The notes under the pieces: model-generated
Seen by the model: the letters and a program-made list of their open reading frames with translations, nothing else
What the model was told of the DNA's origin: nothing
Databases searched by the model: none
Assembly (NCBI RefSeq): GCF_963921235.1
Contig: NC_086097.1
Location: 14,260,001-14,324,000 of the forward strand
Source of the DNA: Mobula hypostoma
Taxonomy: Eukaryota
DNA length: 64,000 nt
Reading direction: 5' to 3'
Made by a program: the position numbers and the translations under genes
In this document: one piece after another, positions 50,281-63,342 of the stretch
Position numbering within the stretch: the stretch's first letter is position 1
Layout of the letters: each line of letters starts with the position of its first letter

Positions 50281-50942
50281 CACTGCACTTGCCTTTCTCA
50301 CCATAAACTAAACCTGTAAATTAGGGGTGGAGGAGATTTAAGAGAAGGAAAGGGAGTTTGAAAATAAGGGTGAGAATTTTTTAAATTCAGGTGTGGTGTA
50401 ACATGGTGCCATCGCTCATCTGATCAGTGAATGGGATTTGCTGCGAAATATATTGTGGACACAGAGATTTGGATGACTTCATGTTTGCACAGAGCTCGGG
50501 CTCTCCACCCTAAAGTAGTAATTCTTCTGCAAATACCTGATGATAGATAATCAGTTCTATTTATCACCAGGCTGGGAGTGAAAGGTCGAACTAAGGGACT
50601 CAGTTATGGCTCATTTCCGCTGAAGAATTAAGTAGCCAATCTATAAAAGGGGAATACCAGAGATATTCAACAGGTCAGGCAGCATTTACCAAGAAATACA
50701 GTTCATGTTTTAGGTCACTGACCGTTCGTCAAACCTGCTGAATATTCCCCTGTATTTTCTGTTTCAATTTCAAAGTCGACTTTATTGTCATATGCACAAG
50801 TGCATGCATGCCCAGTGCAAACAAAAACTTACCTGCGACAACATCACAGCAACTTTACATTAGATAAGCAGCATTCACAAGAAAAGTATAAGCCAAACCT
50901 TAATTACACACAATTTTTACAAGAAAGAGCACAGTAGTCTGC

Positions 50943-51205
50943 AGGGTAGCATAGCAGTTAGGTCAACACTATTACAGCTTGGGGCATCAGAGATCAGAGT
51001 TCAACACCAGAGTCTTCTGCAAGCAGGTTTGTATATTCTCTCCCGTGTGCATGTGGGTTTCCTCCAGGTGCTTTGGTTTCCTCCCACAGTCCAAAGATAT
51101 GCCAGCTAGTCGGTTTATTCGTCACAGTAAATTGTCCCATGATTAGGGTTATATCAGTGGGTTGAAGGGCCTGTTCCATGCTGTATCTTGAAATAAAATA
51201 AATTA
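50943..51205 (+). mobile_element. V-SINE (HE1-like)
   Basis: Head with GAGTTCAA, V-domain, CR1-like tail; another copy at 51605-51835. Confidence 0.8.
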
Positions 51206-52368
51206 AATTAAATTAAGTCAATTTTAGAACAAAATTATCAAAGTTGTCATAGTGTTGCTAAAATGTGCTGATTAGGGTTCCGCTGGTTGGTTCGAGAACT
51301 GAATGACTGAAGGGAAGTAACTGTTCTTGACCCTGGTGCTGTGAGAGATCATGCTTCCTTCCTAAAGGCAGCTGTGAGAAGATTTAGTGGTCCAGATGGT
51401 GGGGGTCTTTGGATGACAAGTGTTGCCTTCTTCAGTCAGCACCTCCCGCAGAAACAACAAAATTAATTCTTAAAGCATGTGCAGTGCTCTTTTTTATTTT
51501 AGCTTTTCAAAAAGTGGAGGCTTGGAAGCTATTTTTCATCGCTTACATTAAAATAACACTGTTTTGCGATTGCTGCCTGTCTCAAATTTTTCACGTCAAC
51601 ATCATAGTGTAGCGGTTAGCGTAATGCTATTACAGTGCCAGTGACCTGGGTTCAATACTTCAATACTCTGTCGGGAGTTTGTACATTCTCCCTGGGAGCA
51701 TGTGGGTTTCCTCCAGGTTCTCTGGTTTCCTCTCAGAGTCCAAAGTCCAAAGTTAGTAGGTTAATCAATCGGTTAATTGGTGGAGCGGGCTCATAGAGCT
51801 AGAAGGGCCTGTTCCCACGCAGTATCTTTAAATAAAATTTAAAAATTTTTAAATCAATGTGTAAAAATCTCAGAAGGAGCGGGAAAGATTTCCTTCACAT
51901 TATATCATTGTGTACACTAGAAAAGCTGTAGAGAGATTTCAGCAAGAAAGTACTTCAATTGGAGAGTGAGCACACATTTCAGAATGAGTATATGACTCCA
52001 CTGAAAGAGAATGTGCAAAACTTTCTTTTTAACTTCATAATGTTGTTAGGTTTAAAAAAAACAATATTATTACAGCCAATTCTCAGCAGGAGACCACAAC
52101 CTCCGGAGCTGCAAATCAAGAGAGCATATCACCAGCACTCCTGTGTGCATTTCTCCCCATGAGTCTGAACTTGAGGACAGCCATTGTATAATTTCCAAGT
52201 GAATGGTGATTTCTGTTGTGGCTGCTTAATCATAAATTTGGTCTCCTGAGGCTGGAGGAAACCTTCTCACCTTGTAAATAATACTTAGTTTTTAGCCAAG
52301 CAATATTTTCCTTCACCTATTAGGCCTAGAAACTCTTTGACACATCCAGCAGCATTGTCATTCCTCGA

Positions 52369-52970
52369 TATACTTTATACTTTATCATTGCCAAACAATT
52401 GATACTAGAATGTACAATCATCACAGCCATATTTGATTCTGCACTTCCGGCTCCCTGGATTACAAATTGATAGTAAATATTAAATTATAAATCATAAATA
52501 GAAAATAGAAAAATGGAAAGTAAGGTAGTGCAAAAAATCCGAGAGGCATGTCCAGATATTTGGGGGGTACGGTCCAGATCCAGGTCAGGATCCGTTCAGC
52601 AGTCTTATCACAGTTGGAAAGAAGCTGTTCCCAAATCTGGCTGTATGAGTCTTCAAGCTCCTGAGCCTTCTCCCAGAGGGAAGAGGGACAAAAAGTATGT
52701 TGGCTGGGTGGGTCGTGTCCTTGATTATCCTGACAGCCCTGCTCTGACAACATGCAGTGTAAAGTGAGTCCAAGGACGGAAGATTGGTTTGTGTGATGTG
52801 CTGGGCTGTGTTCACGATCTTCTGCAGCTTCTTCTGGTCTTGGACAGGGCAACTTCCATACCAGGTTGTGATGCACCCTAGAAGAATGCTTTCTACAGTG
52901 CATCTATAAAAATTATTGAGGGTTTTAGGGGACAGGCCAAATTTCTTTAGTTTTCTCAGGAAGTAAAGGC
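52369..52970 (-). mobile_element. Rex1/Babar-type LINE 3' fragment
   Basis: ORF 52585..52986 (LYFLRKLKKFG..FYRCTVESIL..SFFPTVIRLLN); (TATACTT)n tail. Confidence 0.9.
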
Positions 52971-53857
52971 TCCACCTCTCTGCCATTTCCCTGTTGCCCC
53001 CAGTCCCTCTACTTCCTCTTTAAATAACCAAACAACCCTGTCTCCGCAAGGCTCTGGGGTAGAAAATTCCGAGATGCACCACCTTGTGCAAGAAGCTGTT
53101 CCTATGGACTTCAGTTTAAAATGACTGTCTGGTAATTCTGTCTCCTCAACTCAAAATTCTCCCACAAGAAGAAATAACATTTACCCTGTCACACCCCCTC
53201 AGAATCAATCATTCTTCTACATTCTTAAAGTACAGATCCGTTTTCTTTACCCTTCTACTGAACTTTTGCTCCATTGGGGAAATAGGTAGAGTCTGTTCAA
53301 TTCTGATAGGTCTCCCATCATTTTGAATCTCGATTTAATTGCCCTCATTCCAATATTTTCCCAAAACAGACAATCCCTGCCTAGCAGGCTCTCTTAATGT
53401 AATTGTCCAGCCTGACAACATGCCTGTTGATCCCCTCTGAACATCAGAACCTTGTTATTTTGTGGTGGCCAGAAACCCACTGAGTAGACGTATCAGGCTC
53501 AGAGCGGTGGCTAGTTGAAGCTCCAGTATTCTTTTTGAGTTGTATCCGTCGTATCGGCCAATCTCACACCACTGTATATTTAACATCAGAATCAGTTTTA
53601 TTATCACTGGCGTATGTCATGAAATTTGTTGTTTTGTGTCAGCAGTACTGTTTGATGCACGAAATATACTGTGAATTATAATAAGATATATACATACACT
53701 TGAATAAGTAATGCTAAAAGAGAGCAGAAATAGTGGGGGAGTGCCCATTCAGAAATGATGGCGTTGGGGAAGAAGCTATTCCTAAAAGAATCAGGCAACA
53801 CACATCAAAGTTGCTGGTGAAAGCAGCAGGCCAGGCAGCATCTCTAGGAAGAGGTAC

Positions 53858-53893
53858 AGTCGACGTTTCAGGCCGAGACCCTTCGTCAGGACT
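53858..53893 (-). ncRNA. Minimal type I hammerhead ribozyme motif
   Basis: Minus strand reads AGUC-CUGACGA-AGGGUCUCGGCCU-GAAA-C-GUC-GACU. Confidence 0.8.
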
Positions 53894-54189
53894 AAATGAA
53901 GGAAGAGTGAGTAAGGGATTTGAAAGTTGGAGGGGGAGGGGGAGATCCAAAATGATAGGAGAAGACAGGAGGGGGAGGGATAGAGCCAAGAGCTGGACAG
54001 GTGATAGGCAAAAGGGGATACGAGAGGATCATGGGACAGGAGGTCCGGGAAGAAAGACAAGGTGGGGGGGGGACCCAGAGGATGGGCAAGAGGTATATTC
54101 AGAGGGACAGAGGGAGAAAAAGGAGAGTGAGAGAAAGAATGTGTGCATAAAAATAAGTAACTGATGAGGTACGAGGGGGAGTTGGGGCC

Positions 54190-55546
54190 TTAGCGGAAGT
54201 TAGAGAAGTCGATGTTCATGCCATCAGGTTGGAGGCTACCCAGACGGAATATAAGGTGTTGTTCCTCCAACCTGAGTGTGGCTTCATCTTTACAGTAGAG
54301 GAGGCCGTGGATAGACATGTCAGAATGGGAATGGGATGTGGAATTAAAATGTGTGGCCACTGGGAGATCCTGCTTTCTCTGGCGGACAGAGCGTAGATAT
54401 TCAGCAAAGCGGTCTCCCAGTCTGCGTCGGGTCTCGCCAATATATAAAAGGCCACATCGGGAGCACCGGACGCAGTATATCACCCCAGCCGACTCACAGG
54501 TGAAGTGTTGCCTCACCTGGAAGGACTGTTTGGGGCCCTGAATGGTGGTAAGGGAGGAAGTGTAAGGGCATGTGTAGCACTTGTTCCGCTTACACGGATA
54601 AGTGCCAGGAGGGAGATCAGTGGGGAGGGATGGGGGGAACGAATGGACAAGGGAGTTCCGTAGGGAGCGATCCCTGCGGAATGCAGGGGGGGGGAGGGAA
54701 AGATGTGCTTAGTGGTGGGATCCCGTTGGAGGTGGCGGAAGTTACGGAGAATAATATGTTGGACCCGGAGGCTGGTGGGGTGGTAGGTGAGGACCAGGAG
54801 AACCCTATTCCTAGTGGGGTGGCGGGAGGATGGAGTGAAAGCAGATGTACGTGAAATGGGGGAGATGCGTTTAAGAGCAGAGTTGACAGTGGAGGAAGGG
54901 AAGCCCCTTTCTTTAAAAAAGGAAGACATCTCCCTCGTCCTAGAATGAAAAGCCTCATCCTGAGAGCAGATGCGGCGGATCGGAGGAATTGTGAGAAGGG
55001 GATGGCGTTTTTGCAAGAGACAGGGTGAGAAGAGGAATAGTCCAGATAGCTGTGAGAGTCAGTAGGCTTATAGTAGACATCAGCGGATAAGCTGTCTCCA
55101 GAGACAGAGGCAGAAAGATCTAGAAAGGGGAGGGAGGTGTCGGAAATGGACCAGGTAAACTTGAGGGCAGGGTGAAAGTTGGAGGCAAAGTTAATAAAGT
55201 CAACGAGTTCTGCATGCGTGCAGGAAGCAGCGCCAATGCAGTCGTTGATGTAGCGAAGGAAAAGTGGGGGACAGATACCAGAATAGGCACGGAACATAGA
55301 TTGTTCCACAAACCCAACAAAAAGGCAGGCATAGCTAGGACCTATACGGGTGCCCATAGCTACACCTTTAGTTTGGAGGAAGTGGGAGGAGCCAAAGGAG
55401 AAATTATTAAGAGTAAGGACTAATTCCGCTAGACGGAGCAGAGTGGTGGTAGAGGAGAACTGATTAGGTCTGGAATCCAAAAAGAAGCGGAGAGCTTTGA
55501 GACCTTCCTGATGGGGGATGGAAGTATATAAGGACTGGACATCCAT
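54190..55546 (-). pseudogene. Penelope-type RT/GIY-YIG ORF, frameshifted, YIDD motif reads YIND
   Basis: ORF pieces 54617..55546, 54513..55016 and 54190..54516. Confidence 0.9.
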
Positions 55547-56474
55547 GGTGAAAATAAAGCAGTGGGGGCCAGGGAACTTAAAATCATCGAAAAGTTTAAG
55601 AGCATGAGAAGTGTCACGAACATAGGTCGGAAGGGATTGAACAAGGGGGGATAAAGCCGTGTCGAGGTATGCAGAAACGAGTTCGGTGGGGCAGGAGCAA
55701 GCTGAGACAATAGGTCGGCCAGGACAGGCAGGTTTGTGGATCTTGGGTAGGAGGTAGAAACGGGAAGTGCGAGGTGTGGGAACTATAAGGTTGGTAGCAA
55801 TGGATGGGAGATCCCCTGAGTGGATAAAGTCGGTGATGGTGTGGGAGACAATGGCCTGGTGCTCCTCAGAAGCAAAGAGAAGAGAGCATGTCCGGTGGTG
55901 TGGGTACTTAATGATGGATCATGCCTTTTTGAAGCTTTGCCTTTTGAAGATGTTATCGATGGTGGGGAGGCTAGTGTCCTTGATGGATCTGGCTGAGTTT
56001 GCAATTTCATGCAGCTTTTTCCACTCCTGTGTAGTGACTCCTCCATACCAGACGGTGATGCAAACAGTTAGAAAGCGCTCCACAGTACGTGTAGAAATTT
56101 GCTACAGTCTTTGGTGACATACCAAATTTCCTCGAAATCCTAAAGAAATATAGCCTTTGGCTTGCCCCTTCATAACTGCATCAGTATGCTGGGCTCAGAA
56201 TAGATCTTCAGAGATGTTGACACTCAGAAACTTGATTATTTAGTCATGCTATATCAGACCAGGTTTGCAATGGGGCTATATATTAAATGGCTTTCTGAGC
56301 ACTTTATAAACTTACCCAGTGTTAGATTAAAGAGTATGGAGAGAGGAGTCAAATTCAATTAAAAAGGAATGTGGATGGGTGAAGGGGTTCAGACTGGGCC
56401 AGATGATGAGCCTAATCAGGTCTATTCTGTTTCTACAAGTTTTTTTTGTGAGTTGCGAGTTGACAAGTGAATCA

Positions 56475-57035
56475 CGGCCCAGTATGGAAACACCAATGCC
56501 TTTGAATGAAAAATCTTACAGCAAGTAGTGGATTTAGCCCAATACATCACAGATAAAGCCCTCCAAACCATTCAGCACATCTACATGAAACGCTGTTGTA
56601 GGAAAGCAGCATCCATCATCAGAGATCCCCACCACCTAGGTCATGCTCTCTTCTCACTGCTGCCACCAGGTAGAAGGTACAAGAGCCTCAGGACTTGCAC
56701 CAGCAGGTTCAGGAACAGTTACTACCCCTCAACCATCAGGCTGTTGAACAAAAGTGGATGATCCACACTCAGCTTCTTTTGCCCCAATACTGAAATTTTC
56801 CTCCAATCAATGAACTCACTTTCAAGGTCTCTTCATCTCATGTCTCGTTAATTATTACTATTTATTTATATTCACGTTTACACAGTTTGTTATCTTTTGC
56901 ACACTACTTGATATTTCATTGATCCTGTTATAATTACTATTCTATAGATTTGCTGAGTATGCCCACAGGAAAGTAAATCTCAGGGTTGTATATGTACTTT
57001 GATAATAAAATTTACTTTGAACTTTGAACTTTGAA
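56475..57035 (+). mobile_element. Rex1/Babar-type LINE 3' fragment
   Basis: ORF 56528 (KAASIIRDPHH..RFRNSYYPSTIRLLN); (ACTTTGA)n tail. Confidence 0.85.
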
Positions 57036-59199
57036 CCTGTATATTTGGGATACTTTTAACAGCTGACTTCAAGATGTGGTAGAATGGTGATAAGTTTGGG
57101 ACAATTAGAACATAGAACTTGTGGGCTTTGATTTGAGGCAAACAACGCATTTAACAGTATGTTTCAATGTTTCGATGTTAATGTGACGAACAAAGTGAAT
57201 CCGTACAGCAGGACAATAGTCTCTTCAACCCCTGATATCTGTGCTGACCATTCCAATTTAAATTAATCCCAGTTGCCTGCACATGGTCAATACCTCCCCT
57301 TTCCCTGCCTGCTCATGTTCAAAGTCCAAAGTAAATTTATCATCAAAGTAGACATGTCTGTAAGGAGTTTGTATGTTCTCCCCGTGACCACATGGGTTTC
57401 CTCCGGATGGTCCGGTTATCTCGCACATTCCTGTGACAGACTGGTTGGTAGGTTAATTGGTCATTGTAAAATTGTCTCGTGATTAGGCTAGAATTAAATC
57501 TTGGGCTGCTGGGCGGTGGGGCTGAAAGGGCCTGTTCTGCACTGTATCTCAATAAATAATGAAAATCCCATAACCATAATAGAGTCAATAAAAGACCGCA
57601 TCCAATGGGGCAGACAACCTGTGTGCAAAAAACAAGAAACGGTGCAAATACAAAAGAAAAAAAAGAAATAATAATAATAAATAAATAAGCATTAAATATC
57701 AAGAACATGAGATGAAGAGTCCTTGAAAGTGAGTACATAGGTTGTGCCGTCTACGTGCCTCCTAAACACCACTATTGTATCTGGCTCCACCCAGCGCAAT
57801 GTCCAGGGCACCTCCCACTCAAAAAGAAACTTGTCTCATCAATCTCCTTTACATCTTACCCCTCTCTCCTTAAAGCTATGTCCTTGAATATTTGACACAT
57901 CCACCTGGGAAAAAGACTGTCTATCCTATCTGTGTCTCTCATAATTTTACATTCTTCTATCGGCTCTTTTCTCAGCCTCTGACACTCCAGGAGAAACAAC
58001 CCAAGTTGGCCTTTCCTATTACAGGAGCACAGCTTTAGAACAGAGATGAGGAGGAATTTCTTTGGCCTGAGGGTGATGAATTTGAGGAATCTATTGCCTG
58101 AGACAGCTGTGGAGGCTAAGTCATTGAGTAGATTTAAAGTGAAGATTGATTGGTTCTAGATTAGAAAGGGCATCAAAGGTTACAAGGAGGAGACAGGATA
58201 TAGGGGTTGAGAGGGATAATAAATCGACCGTGATGGAATGGCAGTGCAGACCCAATGGGCTACTGGCCTACTTTTGCTTTTATGTTTTATCCCACTCTTA
58301 CACCATCAGGTTGAATCCTTTGACTTGAAAATGGGGTAGAACTTCCAACAGGTTTCTGGAAGCCAATATGAGCCTGACTTTGCATCATTTCTGTGAACAC
58401 TGACCAGGAAAAAAGAATGTGCAAATACTGATCTCAGTAACCGAACCAGTTACGTTTCTAATCAGGGGCAATTTACTTTTACTGGGAAGCAGCACTAGTA
58501 TGAAGTTCTTTGATTCATTATAATTTACTATCTACATTAACAGATTTAACCCTACAACCAGCCACCTGCTGTGCTTTCTGTTGAAAAAACCGTAGAGGAA
58601 ACTAATTGTGTCACACTTAAATTAAATGAAATAAAGGGATTGGACGGGGGTTGGGGACGTACATTGTAAAGGTACTGAAATATGAATAATGGACAGAACT
58701 GATTATTCACAAAGGCAGGATACCTTATGCATTTTTATTATACTGCACACAAAGTTATTTTAATAACCTTTAAATCAAAGATTATGATTAGAATAACACG
58801 AGGATAGTCTACATCATTATTATTCAGTTATGAAAAGTACTTTGGAAATATTACAACTTGAATTAATTATAGGACATTCACATCAAAGTGTTTCTTACAT
58901 TGACTGACGCCCTTTGCAGCTTCACTGCTGGTATATGAATATGTAGTTAGCATGCACCTAACAATCCGTGCAATGGTATTCTCCTCAGGCACTGTAGTGG
59001 ATTTGTTCAGAAGAACCTATCACCAGTATCCTCTCAAGCCCCTAGTATGGTGGACAGGAAGCAGGGATTCCCGGGAGGAAGACTGCCAGCAGACATATTG
59101 GACTGGCGGTGACCTTAACACAGCTGTGCATGTTCAAAATTTCCAGGGGTGGAAAATCATAAACGAGGGAGATTCTTCGGCTCCTGGAAGTCTGAGCAA

Positions 59200-59725
59200 T
59201 GGACAGAAAAAGCTGGAGGAAGTCAGCAAGTCAGGCTGTGCCTGTGGAGGGGGATAAACAATCAGCATTTCAGACCAAGACCCTTCATTGAGACTGGAAA
59301 GGAAGGGGGAAGAAGCCAGATTAAGAAGTGGGAGGAGCGGAATGAGTACAAGATGGCAGGTGATGAATGAGAGAAAGGTTAGTGGGTGGGATAAAATATG
59401 AAGCTTGGTGGGGAGAGGTGAAAGTGGTAGAGGGCTGATAATCTATGGTCCACTGTCCTGTCCTATTAGATTCCTGCTTCCTCAGTCTACCCATCTCCTT
59501 CCAGCTTTTCATTTCATACTCTCTGCCCCGTCCTCCCATCTTCCCCCTTACCTATTCTCACTTATCACCTGCTAGATTGTACTCATTCCCCTCTCCCCAG
59601 CTTCTTATACTGGCTTCTTTACCCTTTCGTTTTAGTCCATGATGAAGCATCAGCTGCTTATTCCTCCCCGTAGATGCTGCCTGATCTGATGAGCTCCTCC
59701 AGCATCTTTTCTGTGGTGCTCCAAG
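59200..59725. mobile_element. Penelope-derived repeat with inverted arms
   Basis: Purine-rich arm ~59200-59435 and complementary pyrimidine-rich arm ~59440-59725, both similar to the PLE 3' end. Confidence 0.65.
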
Positions 59726-60062
59726 GCTGGAACTAATTTATTGAAATTAAGGCCTTGCACTGCTGGCTGTCCTACATTCGTAACGAGACATGGTGTTTCA
59801 TTCACTTTGTGCTGTAGTTACCTCTTGAAACATGGACGAGGTAGCAGGAGGGCTCTCTTTCTACAATATTCCTTGTCACAAGAGCCCTGAAATGGAAGTA
59901 GGCCATATTAAATACAAGCTACTACTTCCGTCGAATGTGGAAGTCTTGCGTAGCTGCACCTGTCGATAGCAAAGGCCCTTACTCAGCATTTTATCCTCTG
60001 GTGATACAAGGTGGCCATAAGGCATAGAAACAAATTTAAGCCATTTAGCCCACCAAGTTTAC

Positions 60063-60275
60063 GCCACAGGAAACAGTTGAGGCCAGTTCATTGGCTATAT
60101 TTAAGAGGGAGTTAGATATGGCCCTTGTGGCTAAAGGGATCAGGGGGTATGGAGAGAAGGCAGGTACAGGGTTCTGAGTTGGATGATCAGTCATGATCAT
60201 ACTGAATGGCGGTGCAGGCTCGAAGGACTGAATGGCCTACTCCTGCACCTATTTTCTATGTTTCTATGTTTCTAT
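60063..60275 (+). mobile_element. Young CR1 3' end (same subfamily as 22823-24182) nested in an older antisense CR1 (~60010-60770)
   Basis: Nearly identical to 23971-24182, including the (TTTCTATG)n tail. Confidence 0.92.
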
Positions 60276-62321
60276 GACAGATTGAGTGTCCCTCTCAATC
60301 TCATTCTTGGGCTTTCTCTTCATAGTCTTTGATGCCCTGACTAATCAAGAACATATCAACCTCCACTTTAAATATATCCAAGGACTTAGCCTCTACAACC
60401 ATCTGTGGCAATGAATTCTACAGGTTCACCACTATCTGGCTGAAGATGTTCCTCCTCATGTCTGTTCCAAAGGGACGTCTTCTGTTCTAAGAACGTTCCC
60501 TCTAGTCCTAGCCTTCACCATTATTGGAAACATTCTGTCTACATCCACTCTGTCTAGGCCTTTCAGTTTTGAGTAGCTTTCAATTATATCCCTTCTCTTT
60601 CTTCTAATCTCAGCAAGTACAAAGCCCAGAGCTATCAACCACTCCTCATACATTATTCCTTTCATTCCAGATCGTTCTCATAAACCTCTGGGCTCTTTCC
60701 AATGCCAGCACATTCTTTCTCAGATATGGAGGCCAAAACTGCTCACAATGCTCGAAATGTGGCCTTATTTAAGTCTCACCAGGATGCCAGCAATCCAATT
60801 TGCTGGTTGGTTTATTCATTTGTAGGATCTCGTTGAGTGCATGTTGGCTGTTTTGTTTGACTTCAAAGTCCAATGATCCATTAGCCACCCTGTGCCTTGG
60901 GATGTACAGCGAGCTGCTACATAAATGCAGGCCCCCTACCCTGTTTATGAAAAGAGAGCTACATAGCTGCACAGTCACTGAGCCTATGATTAACATTGAA
61001 ACACCTTTCCTTGGAGGGTGCTCTTCTGAACTGTGAGGGACATTTGCCATAATGAGATATATCTGTAATAGTTATGATTACCAAGGTAACTAGAAATAGG
61101 GGCATGGGAAAAGACCATCAAGCTCCTACAATCTGTCTGGTACTTTATAAGATCAGGCTGAACTTGTGATGAACACTCATTTTTCCCTTAACATCTTAGG
61201 TCAATAAATTTTAAAATTAAAATTAAGATTTGGTTCTGTCCTCTACTGTGATGCTACTATCAGGATGGAGGTACAGGAGTCTAATGGCACACACTCAACG
61301 ATTCAGGAACCGTTTCTTCCCCTCTGCCATTTGATTTCTGAATGGACATTGAACCCATGAACACTAATTCACTACTTCTTTTATTTCGATTTTTGCATGA
61401 CTTATTTAATTTAACTATTTAATATAAATATATATTTCCTGTAACTCACAGTTTTGTTTTCTATTATTGCATATTGCTTTGTACTGCCGCTGCAAAATTA
61501 ACAAATTCCACGACATACGGTATGCCGGTGAAATTAAACATGATTCTGATTCCGCATCATTAGTTTTTGAGGATGAGATTACAAGTTTCTACAAAACACT
61601 GTGTAGGAGTATTTCCTAAATGTTACCCCCCCCACCGTAAAAAAATTTTGAGACAATATAGACTTTGATTTTAGACCTTGCAGTCAGCAGAGTTTTCCCC
61701 ATCTGATCCCCTTAATATCTGGAAAGCTTAATTAAATAGTTCATTTAACTATTAATTTCCAAAGAATGCAAAGCGACATTCTGTAACAAGCTGCAGCTTG
61801 ATATCATCACGAGCTCAGTGTGTGGATTATACCCTTATTTACAAATGGTCTGGTCAGAGGTTTGTTCTAGACAGGCACTGATGGACCCATTGACATTATA
61901 TTGTACAGTACAGGCATCAATGTTCCCATACAAGACATTATATTATACAGTACTAGAACACAATGTAATTTTAATCTGTCTGCTACACATCAATATGTTC
62001 TTGGACTACTATTGAAAACAATATTCCATAACAATTGATTTTGTGTGTTTTTCTATAAGATGATAATTAAAAATGTAAACAATGAAAATATTACTTCAAA
62101 GGCTGCAGACATTTTCCCTGGAGAAAGTTTTTACTAGGTTTTTTTTATTGCTTCACTTAATGGGGAATACTGCACATTACTGTTGATCAATAATTGTAAA
62201 TATAACTATTTCTTTCCAGGACAAGATGGACAACACTCAAAGTTCAGCAAAACTCATCACACATGGTTCATACAGAATGCTGGGTCTGTAAACCTCTTTG
62301 GCAGAGCAGGATAAAGTGAAT

Positions 62322-62551
62322 CTCACAACACGCTGGAGGAAATCAGCAGGTCGGGCAGCATCTGTGGAAACAATCAGTCGACGTTTCGGGCCGGAACTCT
62401 TCGTCAGGGTTCCTGACATGTGTCCTGACGAAGGGTTCCAGCCCAAAGCGTCGACTGATTGTTTCCACGGATGCTGCCAAACCTGCTGAGTTCCTCCAGC
62501 GTGTTGTGAGTGTTGCTTTGATCCCAGCATCTGCAGATAATTTTTGTGTTT
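62322..62551. mobile_element. Short palindromic Penelope-derived element with two opposed hammerhead arms
   Basis: TSD AGGATAAAGTGAAT (62308-62321 / 62552-62565); ~90-bp inverted arms. Confidence 0.85.
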
Positions 62552-63342
62552 AGGATAAAGTGAATACTTGAGCAACAACACGACGTCAATTGACTCACAC
62601 ACACAAGCATTTAGGTGCACAGCTATTGCATTTTTTATCTTATTAAGATACTGCATGAAGTAGGTACTTCTGGCCTGCTTAGCAATCACTGATTTTAACC
62701 CTAGTCTAATCTCTGGACAATTTACAATGACCAATTAAGCTAGATTGGACTCTGGGAGGGAACCGGAGAACCCGGAGGAAACCCATGTGGTCACGGGGAG
62801 ACGTCCAAACTCCCCACAGGCAGCTGTGGGAATCGAACCCGTGTCGCTGGTCCTGTAAAGCATTGTGCTAACCACTACACTACCATATGGTATCTGCAAA
62901 CACTCAAACACACATGGAATATACACTAACATATGGGGGGCAAAGAGCTACAGACACAAGAACACGTGCACAAATGACAAACAGACACACGTGCACACAA
63001 ACGCACACTTGTACATTAATATACACAGAAAAAAAACGTGTGTGCTCACACAGAAGCATATCAGAATGTTGGTACCATTAAGTGAATATTTTAACTACAG
63101 TATGAAATCAGTTGACTAACATATACATAAGCACACACACACACATGCACGTGCATATTTTAGAATCAGAATCAGGTTTAATATAATTGGCATAACTCGT
63201 GAAATTTGTTAACTTTGCAGCAGCTGTACATTGCAATATATAATAATAGAAAAAAACTATGAATTACAGTATGTCTATTAAATAGTTAAATTAAATAAGT
63301 AGAGCTAAACAATAGAAATAAAAAAGTAGTGAGGTAGTGTTC

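Larger units (their letters stand above)
53791..55866 (-). mobile_element. Penelope-like element (RT + GIY-YIG), 5'-truncated, inserted in an older Rex-type LINE (53586-56235)
   Basis: RT: MDVQSLYTSIPH..GVAMGTRIGPSYACLF..FLRYIND..VYYKPTDSHSYL. GIY-YIG: VIYCVRCSRCGLLYIGETRRRL. Hammerhead near the 3' end. Confidence 0.93.
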
